Origin: Candidatus Eiseniibacteriota bacterium
Lineage (GTDB): Bacteria > Orphanbacterota > Orphanbacteria > Orphanbacterales > Orphanbacteraceae
DNA: 64,000 nt
Reading direction: 5' to 3'
Assembly: GCA_016930695.1 (NCBI GenBank)
Contig: JAFGGD010000031.1
Span: forward strand, 26,519-90,518
Part shown: positions 9,801 through 17,433 of the stretch, one piece after another
Position numbering within the stretch: the first letter of the stretch is position 1
Layout of the letters: the number at the start of each line of letters is the position of its first letter
Position numbers and translations under genes: made by a program
The notes under the pieces: model-generated
Seen by the model: the letters and a program-made list of their open reading frames with translations, nothing else
Database searches by the model: none
Told to the model about the DNA's origin: nothing

Positions 9801-10002
9801 CGGATTCATCATGCTGCACGAGGGGGAGGAGACGCGAATCGACGTGGAGGGGACGGCGATGCCCCCCGGCGGAATCGAACTCCGCGCCCCCTTCGATGGA
9901 TCGATCGAGTCGGCGACCGTGAACGGCGCGCCCGCCTCGCCCGGCCCGGAGGGGGAAATCCTCGTGCGCGCCCTTCCGGCGCGGGTCGTGCTGAAGCGGT
10001 GA
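6808..10002 (+). CDS. Secreted multidomain protein: signal peptide, CBM-like beta-sandwich, Pro-rich linker, F5/8 type C (discoidin) domain, and an (alpha/alpha)6 glycoside-hydrolase-like domain (GH15-like, tentative).
   Basis: The signal peptide is MKNGLALFLLAAVLSIVSSAGA. The discoidin motif is KAIDGDDNTYWSTVEGDTDHWIEFDL. The C-terminal half carries SWIRDGALTSSALLRLG, reminiscent of the GH15 WxRD region; the family is unconfirmed. Two markedly lower-GC patches (about 7540-7770 and 7960-8460) lie inside the gene. Confidence 0.6.
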   Translation: MKNGLALFLLAAVLSIVSSAGAADTVSGTETILLDDFASLDGWTAHPSDGVEAVLREENGALRVDFRFLSGAGYAVFRKDFAVNLPENYAFTFRVRGDAPPNHLEFKLIDATGENVWWSVLRDHEFPNEWETIRIKKRKISFAWGPAGGGEPSEIAAIEFAVTAGSGGSGTVWIDDLALTPLPPPNPNPPAPVVAGCSSFRPGHEPEKAIDGDDNTYWSTVEGDTDHWIEFDLGVPRELSGLYVLWHVRPRKIDIRVSDDGNEWRLIRDAKWRTIYCGGVNFYRLELVFLPETEATRLRLDMKSTHLGIKEIRIQPLEWAATRNDIFERITENSPRGMYPRGMTGEAVYWTTVGADGGIVNGLISEDGAVEVGPGSFSIEPFLFDDLYTTGWDGSEITYSLKESLFPVPTVTRRHRDLLLEITAFAVEKEAASSMVMHYRLRNKKRYPQRGQFLLALRPFQVNPPYQFLNVTGGTARVDSIENSGSKVRVNGRKWVFFLRKPDGSFPAVFEKGMRIKMFTESRWGNGYIPFCKDWDSVTDPFGAASAVFVYPYYIPPGEEMRVDWVIPLDGEPILPEEEGEAAAAEWVDRELEKAIERWRERLGPVTIDLPDKEVENTLKSQIGYILVNRAGPAIRPGTRSYARSWIRDGALTSSALLRLGIDEPAREFLEWFAPHQYESGKIPCVVDDRGADPVPEHDSSGEFLFLIAEIVRYTKDRALADEMWPRAEAAAAYLDSLRGTRRTDEYRTPEKRHFFGLLPPSISHEGYSAKPMHSYWDDFWALRGFRDAAYLAGVVGREAERERWAAVAEEFAADLAASIAAAMEHHGIDYVPGCADLGDFDPTSTTIALSPVGAGDLAPEGAIRRTFERYGEFFEERRTTGKWEAFTPYELRNIGAFARLGMRGEIAGMLEWFLRYRRPQGWNHWAEVVWKEERLPRFIGDMPHTWVGSDFIRSVLDMLAFVRESDGAIVVGAGIPVEWLAGEGVSVKNLQTPYGTIGFIMLHEGEETRIDVEGTAMPPGGIELRAPFDGSIESATVNGAPASPGPEGEILVRALPARVVLKR

Positions 10003-10018
10003 CGGCGCCGCGAGACCT

Positions 10019-10723
10019 TTATTCGTAAATCGCTTTCCGCACCACTTCGCGCCAGACCGCGTACCCCTTCTCGTTCATGTGGAGCATGTCCTCGAGGAAG
10101 AGTTCCTCGATCGGCTCCCCCTTCTCGTTCAGCATGGGCGAGGCCACGTCGATGAAGGCGAGAAGGGTGTCGGCGTCGCACGCCTCGCGCAGCAGCCGGT
10201 TCACGCGGATCGTCTCCGGAAGAAACTCCCGCCGGGAGGGGCTCGGTTTGACGGAGATAACGTGAATCTTCGTGCCGGGGAGGGACGCGCGGACGAGGGA
10301 GACGAACGAGTCGAATGCCGCGAACACCTTTTCCGGCGGCACGCCGAGGGCGATGTCGTTGTCCCCCTCGTAGAGGAGGATCGCCGAGGGGCGGTAGGGG
10401 AGAACGATCCTCCCCGCGAAGAAGAGGGCGTCCAGCATGGTGCTCCCGCCGAACCCGCGGGGAATCACCGTCGCCGGCGCGAGGTCCGCGGCGAGAGTGG
10501 GGTGCCACATCCGCATACTGGAGCTTCCGATGCAGAGGAGCGCTCCTTCGGGTGGGAAGCACTCCCGGTCGGCCGCTTCGAAGGCGGCGATGTCCCCCTC
10601 GAAGCGACGGGGGTCGGGAAAGGGGGCGCCGGCGCGGGCGGGCGCGATAGCTCCGATCACCAGAAGCAGAAGGACGGCCGCCGCGGCGCGCGCCCCCCGG
10701 TCCTCCCTTGCGGATCCGATCAT
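10019..10723 (-). CDS. SGNH/GDSL-family hydrolase (esterase/deacetylase-like), secreted.
   Basis: The signal peptide is AAVLLLLVIGAIAPARAGA. The motifs are LLCIGSSSM (the GDS(L) block) and ILLYEGDNDI...DMLHMNEKGY (the DxxH block). GGAGG lies upstream of the ATG at 10723, which overlaps the GH1 stop (ATGA). Confidence 0.75.
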   Translation of the reverse strand: MIGSAREDRGARAAAAVLLLLVIGAIAPARAGAPFPDPRRFEGDIAAFEAADRECFPPEGALLCIGSSSMRMWHPTLAADLAPATVIPRGFGGSTMLDALFFAGRIVLPYRPSAILLYEGDNDIALGVPPEKVFAAFDSFVSLVRASLPGTKIHVISVKPSPSRREFLPETIRVNRLLREACDADTLLAFIDVASPMLNEKGEPIEELFLEDMLHMNEKGYAVWREVVRKAIYE

Positions 10724-12120
10724 CCTCGTTCCTCCCCGTCGAGAACGCCGCCGTTCGTCTCGATCACTTTCCGGTAGAAGCGGCCGCTCCTCTTCCACGT
10801 TCGCTTTTGGGTGGCATAGTCGACGTGAAAAACGCCGAACCGTTTGGTGAACCCCCGGCTCCATTCCAAATTGTCCATGAGGGACCAGACGAAGTAGCCG
10901 CGCAGGCCCGCGCCGCGGCGGATCGCCTCGCGCGCCGCTTTCAGGTGGGAACGCAGGTAGGCGACGCGGAGTGGATCCTCCACCGTCTCTCCCTCCGCGC
11001 GGGGCGGATCGGGGAAAGCGGCGCCGTTCTCCGTCACGTAGAGGGGGATGCTCCCGTAGAGCTCCTTCAGCCGCAGAAGAACGCGCGTGAGCCCTTCGGG
11101 GTGGACCTCCCAACCGGTTTCGGTATAAAGAGAGTCCTCCAAGCGCACCGACGATTCGCGATCCGGCAGCGCGCCGCCGTCGCGCCGCACCACGGCGCGC
11201 GTGTAGTAGTTGACGCCCAGAAAATCGATCGGTTCGCCGATGAGCGCCAGATCCTCGGGCGTGTAGTCGACCCACGCCGGGCCGTAGATATCCGGGAGAC
11301 CCGCGGGCGGCCGCCCGAGCAAGACCGGATCGAGATACTGGCGGTTCATGTAGATGTCGCCCCGTTCCGCCGCCGCCCGGTCTTCTTCGGCGTCCGAGGC
11401 CGGCTCCTTGGGCTCCAGGTTGGCCACCAGGCCGATGGGCGCCGCCCCCTCGGCCCGCCCCGCCCGGAGGGCGAGGCCGTGGGCCCGAAGGAGGGCGCGC
11501 GAGACCTTCGCCGTCTCCGCCGCGCTCCGATGTCCGGGGGGATGTACTCCCGCCATGAATCCAGCATGGGCGATCACCCAGGGCTCGTTGATCGTCATCC
11601 ACATGGAGACCCGATCGCCGAGCGCGCGGAAGGCCACCGACGCGTAGGCGGCGAATCGTTCCTCCATGGAGGGATCGAGCCATCCGCCGCGCTCGTCCAG
11701 AGCGGCGGGATGGTCCCAGTGGTAGAGGGTGGCGCAGGGTCGGATCCCCCGATCGAGAAGGAGATCGACGAGGCGGGAGTAGAAATCGAGGCCCGCCCGG
11801 TTGATCGAGTTCCCTCCATCGGGGAAGATCCGGGACCAGGCGATGCTGAAGCGGTAGGCGCCGAGCCCCATCTCCTTCATGAGATCCGCGTCGCCGCCGG
11901 CGCGCCGGTAGTGATCGGATGCCACGTCGCCGGTGGAGCCGTCCTCGGTCCCGCCGGGGGCGTGGGTGAAACGGTGCCAATTGCTCGGCCCCGCCCCGTC
12001 CGCCAGAGGAGATCCTTCGATCTGATAGGCGGAGGTCGCCGCCCCCCAGAGAAAACCCTCGGGGAAACGGGAGGAGCGCGGAGGGGGATCGTTCTTTTCA
12101 GCCCAGGATGATTCGGACAT
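10720..12120 (-). CDS. GH1 beta-glucosidase.
   Basis: FPEGFLWGAATSAYQIEG and the nucleophile motif YVTENGAAF are canonical GH1 signatures. The length (466 aa) is typical. Confidence 0.9.
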   Translation of the reverse strand: MSESSWAEKNDPPPRSSRFPEGFLWGAATSAYQIEGSPLADGAGPSNWHRFTHAPGGTEDGSTGDVASDHYRRAGGDADLMKEMGLGAYRFSIAWSRIFPDGGNSINRAGLDFYSRLVDLLLDRGIRPCATLYHWDHPAALDERGGWLDPSMEERFAAYASVAFRALGDRVSMWMTINEPWVIAHAGFMAGVHPPGHRSAAETAKVSRALLRAHGLALRAGRAEGAAPIGLVANLEPKEPASDAEEDRAAAERGDIYMNRQYLDPVLLGRPPAGLPDIYGPAWVDYTPEDLALIGEPIDFLGVNYYTRAVVRRDGGALPDRESSVRLEDSLYTETGWEVHPEGLTRVLLRLKELYGSIPLYVTENGAAFPDPPRAEGETVEDPLRVAYLRSHLKAAREAIRRGAGLRGYFVWSLMDNLEWSRGFTKRFGVFHVDYATQKRTWKRSGRFYRKVIETNGGVLDGEERG

Positions 12121-15100
12121 GATGGGTTTGGCCGTCCTCGTCGAAGGGGATGCGAACGGAGCCTTTTTCCACCGGAAGGGGGCGGCCGTCCAATTCCGCC
12201 GCCGTCACCTTTTCCGCGCGGCGGTTCGGGTTCTCCATCTCGATTTCGTAGACCGTCTCTCTCCCCGGAACCCGGAATCGAACGGAACAGCGCGGCCACT
12301 CGTCCGGCACGCGCGGCCGGATCCGGAGCGCCTTCCCTCCCTCCAGGCGGAGGCCCAGGATCGATTCGACGGCGACCCGGTACATCCAGGCCGCCGAGCC
12401 GGTGTACCAGGTCCAGCCGCCGCGCCCCAGATGGGGCGGCTCGCCGTAAACGTCCGCGGCGATCACATAGGGCTCGGCGCGGTAGACGGCGACCCCTTCC
12501 GGCGAGCCGGCGCGCGTGACCGGCGAGAGCATCTCGAGGAGATCCGCCGCGCGTCCGCGCCGTCCTCGCTCGGCCAGGGCCGCGACCAGCCAGAGAGCGG
12601 CGTGTGTGTACTGCCCGCCGTTTTCGCGGACGCCGGGCAGGTATCCCTTGATGTATCCGGGATCCTGCGGCGTGTCGGCGAAGGGAGGAGTGAGCAGGCG
12701 GATCAGGCCATCCTTTTCCGAGACCAGGTGCTTTTCGGCGGAGTCGAGCGCTCGTTCGGCGCGATCCGGGGGCGCCGCGCCGGAGAGGACCGACCACGCC
12801 TGGGCCAGCGCGTCGATGCGGCACTCCGCGCTCTCCCGCGATCCGAGTGGAGTCCCGTCGTCGTAGAAGCCCCGGAGATACCAGTCGCCGTCCCAACCGG
12901 AATCGTTCAGCGCCTTCCCGAGTCCCTCGCGCGCGGCGCGGTACCGGGCGGCGCGTTCGGCGTCCCCACGCTCCTCGCAGACCGGGATGAATCGTTCCAG
13001 CAGGGCGAAGAGGAAGAACCCCATCCAGACGCTTTCCCCTTTCCCCAGGCGTCCCACCCGGTTCATGCCGTCGTTCCAGTCCCCGGTGCCGAAGAGGGGG
13101 AGCCGGTGATCGCCCACGGCGAGAGAGAGATCGATCGCCCGGACGCAGTGGTCGTAGAGGTCGCCGGACAACCCGGATGGGCGGGGTCGGACAAACACTT
13201 CGTCGACGCCCTCCGCCGGAAGAGGCGCCGTCAGGTAGGGAATCGGGACGCGCCAGACGGCATCGTCCCCGGACGTTTCGACATAAAAAGTCGTTATGTA
13301 TGGTAACCAGAGCCGATCGTCGGCGAACCGCGTGCGGATGCCCGCGTCTTCCGGGGGATGCCACCAGTGCAGGACGTCTCCCTCGACGAACTGATGCGCC
13401 GCGTGAAGGAGGATCTGTTCGCGGGTTTTTTCCGGGCGAAGGTAGACGAGCGCCGAGGCGTCCTGGATCTGATCGCGGAAGCCGAAGGCGCCGCCGGACT
13501 GGTAGAGGGCGGTTCTCCCCCGTAATCGGCAGGCGACGGCCTGATAGGGGAGCCAGCCGTTCACCATGATGTCGAGGGCGGGGACCGGCGTTCGGATGCA
13601 CAGGCCGGATCGCATCCGCCGCCACTCCTCCCGCGCGACGTCCAGGGCGCGTTCGACCGCCCCGTCCGCCCGGTACCGCGCGATCAGCGACCGGACCTCC
13701 TCCGCATTCGATCCCTCTCCGAAGAGGAAGGCGCACTCCGCCGAACCGCCGGGCGGGAGTTCGATCGATATTTTTTCCGTGAAGCAAGGATCCAGGTTCG
13801 CCCCCGTCTCTCCCCCCGGCGGATCGTCGTGGAGGAGCGCCGCCGGACGGGCCGCGTCTCCTCCGGCGCCGAGAAAGGCGGCGCGGTCGCAACTGTAATA
13901 GGTCGGACCGGTCGCGGCCGGGGCGACGGCGGCGGCGAATGTCACCGCCCGCGCGAAGGAGCCGGCGAAACGGTTTTCCGCGAGGAGCGCCTTCCCGTTC
14001 GGTTCGAAACGGGTGACTACGAAGCGGCCGCTCTCCTCGGGGGTCGCGCCGAGCACCAGACGGCGATGCGAAAAAAGGCCGAGCCGGCGCGTTTCACCGC
14101 TCCGGTTCGTCAGGCGCACGCGTGTGATCTTCACCGGGTCCCGCGTGGGGACGAAGAATGTGACCTCCTGCTCGATGCCGAGGCTCTTTCCCCGGAAGAG
14201 GGTGTATCCGAATCCGTGCCGTACCTCGCACTCTTCCGGGCCGTCGGCCGGTCCGGGAAGGGGGGACCGGAACTCGCCGCTCTCCTCGTCGCGCATGTAA
14301 AGCGCCTCGCCGTGGGGATCGCGCAGGGGATCGTTCGCCCATGGGGTCAAACGGTGCTCGCGGCTGTTCCCGCTCCACGTGCAACCGGCGCCTCTCTCGC
14401 TCACCAGGAAGCCGACTCGGTCGTTGGCGATCACGTTGATCCACGGGAGGGGGGGAAGACGGAGTTTTCCGTCCGCCCCGGGGCGGAGGCGGATCACGTA
14501 CTCCGAGCCGTCCGGCGTGAATCCCCCGAAGCCGTTGGGGAAAAGAAGATCGCCGTCTCCTTCGGGGAAGACGCTCGCGCCTCCGGCGTCGTGTCGCGCT
14601 TTCCCCGCCGTTTCCCCGGCGGGGGGTACGATCTCCACGGCGCCTCCGCGGCAGAGATCGGGCATCTCCCTCGTAAGGACCAGGCGGGCCGCCGCCTCGA
14701 GGAGATCCGCCCTCTCCGCCGGTATCGTTTCCCGGTCGATGAAGTGCACCGTCCCTCCGTCGTCGAACGGTTTCTCCGGAGATTGGGCGAGTGACGGGTC
14801 GTTCGTGAAAACGACGAGGGGAAAATCGATCCCCGACTTTTTCCAGTAGCGAAGGGCGCTTCGCATCTCCGGGAGAAGGAGGGCTCCCTCCGGAGAGTCG
14901 GCGCGCAGGACGATGTAGGGCGTACCGGGAGAGAGGCCGAAACGCGCGAGGTCCTCCGGCCGTCCCCGAAGACATTCGAGCACCTCCGGCGCGGCCCGAA
15001 GGGAACGTTGGCCGTAAAGAATCGCTCCGGCGAGCGCCTCGTAATACTCCGCCCGGTCCTCCCCGAGTTCCGAGTCGTCGATGCATCCGCGCGCCCTCTC

Positions 15101-15985
15101 CCGGGATCCGGCGAATGCGCGCTCGGCCGCGCCTTCATCCGTCCAGGTCCGGACCAGCGCGAGGGCGTCCTCTTCGACGGGCGCCACGCCCATCAGGAAG
15201 AGGAAGCGAGCCTCGCCGCCCGGACGCAGGAGCGCCTTTCGACGGAGCGCGAAAACGGGGTCGAGCACATTGCCGGAAGAACCGGAGAGGGGCGTGCCGG
15301 CGCTGAGGGCGAGCGGGTCCGCCGGGGATCGACCACGGCCGAGAAAGAGGGCGCGGTCCGTCTCGAACTCGAGCTTTCCCGCGCCGGAGAGCGCGGCGAA
15401 CATCCGGGGATGTCGCTCCGAACCGGACCGGCCGCGGCGTCTCGCGAAAAGCGCGCCCGTCCGGGAGTCGTGCGCGGTCTGCACGAAGAGCTTGGAGAAC
15501 GCCGGGTGGGCGGCGTACGCGCCTGGTTGATCCAGCACGATCTCCGCGTACCCGGTCAGTTCCAATCGACGCTCCCGAACGGACCGGTTGGCGAGCGTGA
15601 TTCTGCGGATTTCGAGGTCCGCGCCGGTGGGTACGCACGTCTCCATGCGGGCATCGATTCCCCCCTGCCGGCGGTCGATGGTGACCACCCCCGGTTCCCA
15701 CTCCGCGCGGTAACCCGCGGCCCCCGATGGGAGGGGATGCCTGCCGATCGACCAAAACCTCCCGCTCTCTTCGTCCCGAAGATAAAAGAGGAGTCCGGTG
15801 TCGTCCTCGAGGGGATCGCCGCTCCAACGGGTCAGCGCGTAATCCTCCCAGCTCGACCTTCCCGTTCCCGCGCCGGTCATGAGCACGGTATACCGGCCGT
15901 TGCCAAGAAATCGGGCGGGAGGGGTCCTCTCTCCACGTCCGTCGAGGGGGGGAAAGTGGGAAGTCTGTCGCAACGACCTCTCCAT
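12098..15985 (-). CDS. GH94-family glycoside phosphorylase-like enzyme, 1295 aa, with two tandem N-terminal beta-sandwich domains and a C-terminal (alpha/alpha)6 catalytic domain. 1,2-beta-oligoglucan phosphorylase is the preferred guess.
   Basis: GH94 N-domain-like motifs occur twice (FLGNGRYTVLMTGAGTGRSSW and VGFLVSERGAGCTWSGNSREHRLTPWANDP). The catalytic-domain motifs are FGFRDQIQDASAL and GTGDWNDGMNRVG. Its size is close to the roughly 1100-aa SOGP-type GH94 enzymes. Confidence 0.75.
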   Translation of the reverse strand: MERSLRQTSHFPPLDGRGERTPPARFLGNGRYTVLMTGAGTGRSSWEDYALTRWSGDPLEDDTGLLFYLRDEESGRFWSIGRHPLPSGAAGYRAEWEPGVVTIDRRQGGIDARMETCVPTGADLEIRRITLANRSVRERRLELTGYAEIVLDQPGAYAAHPAFSKLFVQTAHDSRTGALFARRRGRSGSERHPRMFAALSGAGKLEFETDRALFLGRGRSPADPLALSAGTPLSGSSGNVLDPVFALRRKALLRPGGEARFLFLMGVAPVEEDALALVRTWTDEGAAERAFAGSRERARGCIDDSELGEDRAEYYEALAGAILYGQRSLRAAPEVLECLRGRPEDLARFGLSPGTPYIVLRADSPEGALLLPEMRSALRYWKKSGIDFPLVVFTNDPSLAQSPEKPFDDGGTVHFIDRETIPAERADLLEAAARLVLTREMPDLCRGGAVEIVPPAGETAGKARHDAGGASVFPEGDGDLLFPNGFGGFTPDGSEYVIRLRPGADGKLRLPPLPWINVIANDRVGFLVSERGAGCTWSGNSREHRLTPWANDPLRDPHGEALYMRDEESGEFRSPLPGPADGPEECEVRHGFGYTLFRGKSLGIEQEVTFFVPTRDPVKITRVRLTNRSGETRRLGLFSHRRLVLGATPEESGRFVVTRFEPNGKALLAENRFAGSFARAVTFAAAVAPAATGPTYYSCDRAAFLGAGGDAARPAALLHDDPPGGETGANLDPCFTEKISIELPPGGSAECAFLFGEGSNAEEVRSLIARYRADGAVERALDVAREEWRRMRSGLCIRTPVPALDIMVNGWLPYQAVACRLRGRTALYQSGGAFGFRDQIQDASALVYLRPEKTREQILLHAAHQFVEGDVLHWWHPPEDAGIRTRFADDRLWLPYITTFYVETSGDDAVWRVPIPYLTAPLPAEGVDEVFVRPRPSGLSGDLYDHCVRAIDLSLAVGDHRLPLFGTGDWNDGMNRVGRLGKGESVWMGFFLFALLERFIPVCEERGDAERAARYRAAREGLGKALNDSGWDGDWYLRGFYDDGTPLGSRESAECRIDALAQAWSVLSGAAPPDRAERALDSAEKHLVSEKDGLIRLLTPPFADTPQDPGYIKGYLPGVRENGGQYTHAALWLVAALAERGRRGRAADLLEMLSPVTRAGSPEGVAVYRAEPYVIAADVYGEPPHLGRGGWTWYTGSAAWMYRVAVESILGLRLEGGKALRIRPRVPDEWPRCSVRFRVPGRETVYEIEMENPNRRAEKVTAAELDGRPLPVEKGSVRIPFDEDGQTHHVRIILG

Positions 15986-16112
15986 CGAAGTCTGTAACTC
16001 CTAAAACTACAGATAGTTGTGCGAAGGAGGGGGCGGCGGGCCCCTTTTCCCTCGCGCAGGGCTCTCTCGGACCCCCGCGCATGGTGCCTTTTTATTCACT
16101 TTCCATCAAGGC

Positions 16113-16157
16113 TTGACATAAGTATGTCAGATGTGCGATCATTTGTAAACGGTTACA
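16113..16157. promoter_or_regulatory. Divergent promoter region between the GH94 operon and lacI, holding a -35-like TTGACA and two operator-like palindromes.
   Basis: TTGACA is at 16113-16118. A perfect palindrome TGACATAAGTATGTCA lies at 16114-16129. A LacI/CcpA-type site TGTAAACGGTTACA lies at 16144-16157 (consensus TGNAANCGNTTNCA). All three lie in the only AT-rich stretch of a 70% GC region. Confidence 0.45.
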
Positions 16158-16252
16158 TCGAGTCGTGGGATCAGTCCGGGTGGGCCGGGATCCCAAAGAT
16201 CGAGCCTCGTCCGGCCCGAGAGATAAGATTCCCGACCTTGAGGAGCATCTCT

Positions 16253-17320
16253 ATGGCGACGATCAAGGACGTGGCCCGCGAAGCTGGCGTGTCGGTTGCC
16301 ACCGTTTCCCGTGTGTTCAATGACAGCCCACTGGTGAGTGAGATCACCACCAGCCACGTTCTCGAGGTGGCGCAACGGCTGGATTATTGGCCGAACGGAG
16401 CGGCGCGGAGCCTCAGCACCAATCGCACCGGCACGCTCGGTGTCGTCCTGCCCGACCTTTACGGTGAATTCTTCTCCGAGATCATCCGCGGGATCGACAC
16501 CGCGGCCCGCGAAGAGAAATACCAGATCCTCCTCTCCAGCTCCCACGCCGCCGAAGCGGAACTGGTTTCCGCGGCGCAGGCGATGCGCGGCCGGATCGAC
16601 GGGCTGATCGCCATGGCGCCTCACGTCGACTCCGCGAGATCGCTGGTCGATTTCGCACGGCACTTTCCCGTCGTCCTTCTCAACCCGGGAATGCCCGCGG
16701 AAAACTGCTCCGTCATCTCCATCGCGAATTTCGAGGGAGCCCGCGCCATGGTCCGCCATTTGATCGGGGTGGGCCACCGGCGCATCGCCATGGTGCTCGG
16801 CCCTTCAGGGAACGTGGACGCCGAGGAGAGGCGGAGGGGTTACCGCCGGGCGTTGGATGAAGAAGGGATCGAGGTCGATCCCGCCTTGGAAATCGAAGGC
16901 AATTTCGATCAGGAATCGGGCTACGAGAGCGCGGCCCATCTTCTCCGGCTCGATCCGCGCCCCACCGCGGTTTTCGCCGCCAACGACTGGATGGCCTTCG
17001 GACTGCTGAGCGCGCTCGCCGACGCGGGGATCCGGGTCCCGCAGGAGATGGCGATCACCGGTTTCGACGACATGAGCATCGCCGCCTTCCTCAGTCCTCC
17101 CCTCACGACCGTGCGGGTGGACGCGGTGGAGCTGGGGAAGAGGGCCGTGCAGCTTTGGTTCGACTCGATTCACGCTCGGGAAGAGGAGCGGTTTTTCGCG
17201 TATCAGGTCCTGCCGACCTCTCTCGTGGTTCGCGGCTCCTGCGGCGCGCCGAACGGAACGGCGGCGCCGGAACGTTCGGGCCGATGGACGAACCACGGGA
17301 GGGAAGAAGAACGGGAATGA
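16253..17320 (+). CDS. LacI-family transcriptional regulator.
   Basis: The N-terminal HTH MATIKDVAREAGVSVATVSRVFN is canonical. AGGAGC lies 6 nt upstream. A periplasmic-binding-fold sugar-binding core follows. Confidence 0.9.
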   Translation: MATIKDVAREAGVSVATVSRVFNDSPLVSEITTSHVLEVAQRLDYWPNGAARSLSTNRTGTLGVVLPDLYGEFFSEIIRGIDTAAREEKYQILLSSSHAAEAELVSAAQAMRGRIDGLIAMAPHVDSARSLVDFARHFPVVLLNPGMPAENCSVISIANFEGARAMVRHLIGVGHRRIAMVLGPSGNVDAEERRRGYRRALDEEGIEVDPALEIEGNFDQESGYESAAHLLRLDPRPTAVFAANDWMAFGLLSALADAGIRVPQEMAITGFDDMSIAAFLSPPLTTVRVDAVELGKRAVQLWFDSIHAREEERFFAYQVLPTSLVVRGSCGAPNGTAAPERSGRWTNHGREEERE

Positions 17321-17433
17321 GGACGGGGAGCCGGGCACGACGCCCGGCCATTTCTTTTCGCGTATTGCCGAACGGGGAAGGATCGATCGGTCTTCCGCTC
17401 CGGCGGGACCGGCGAAAGCAGGAGGATGGAGGA

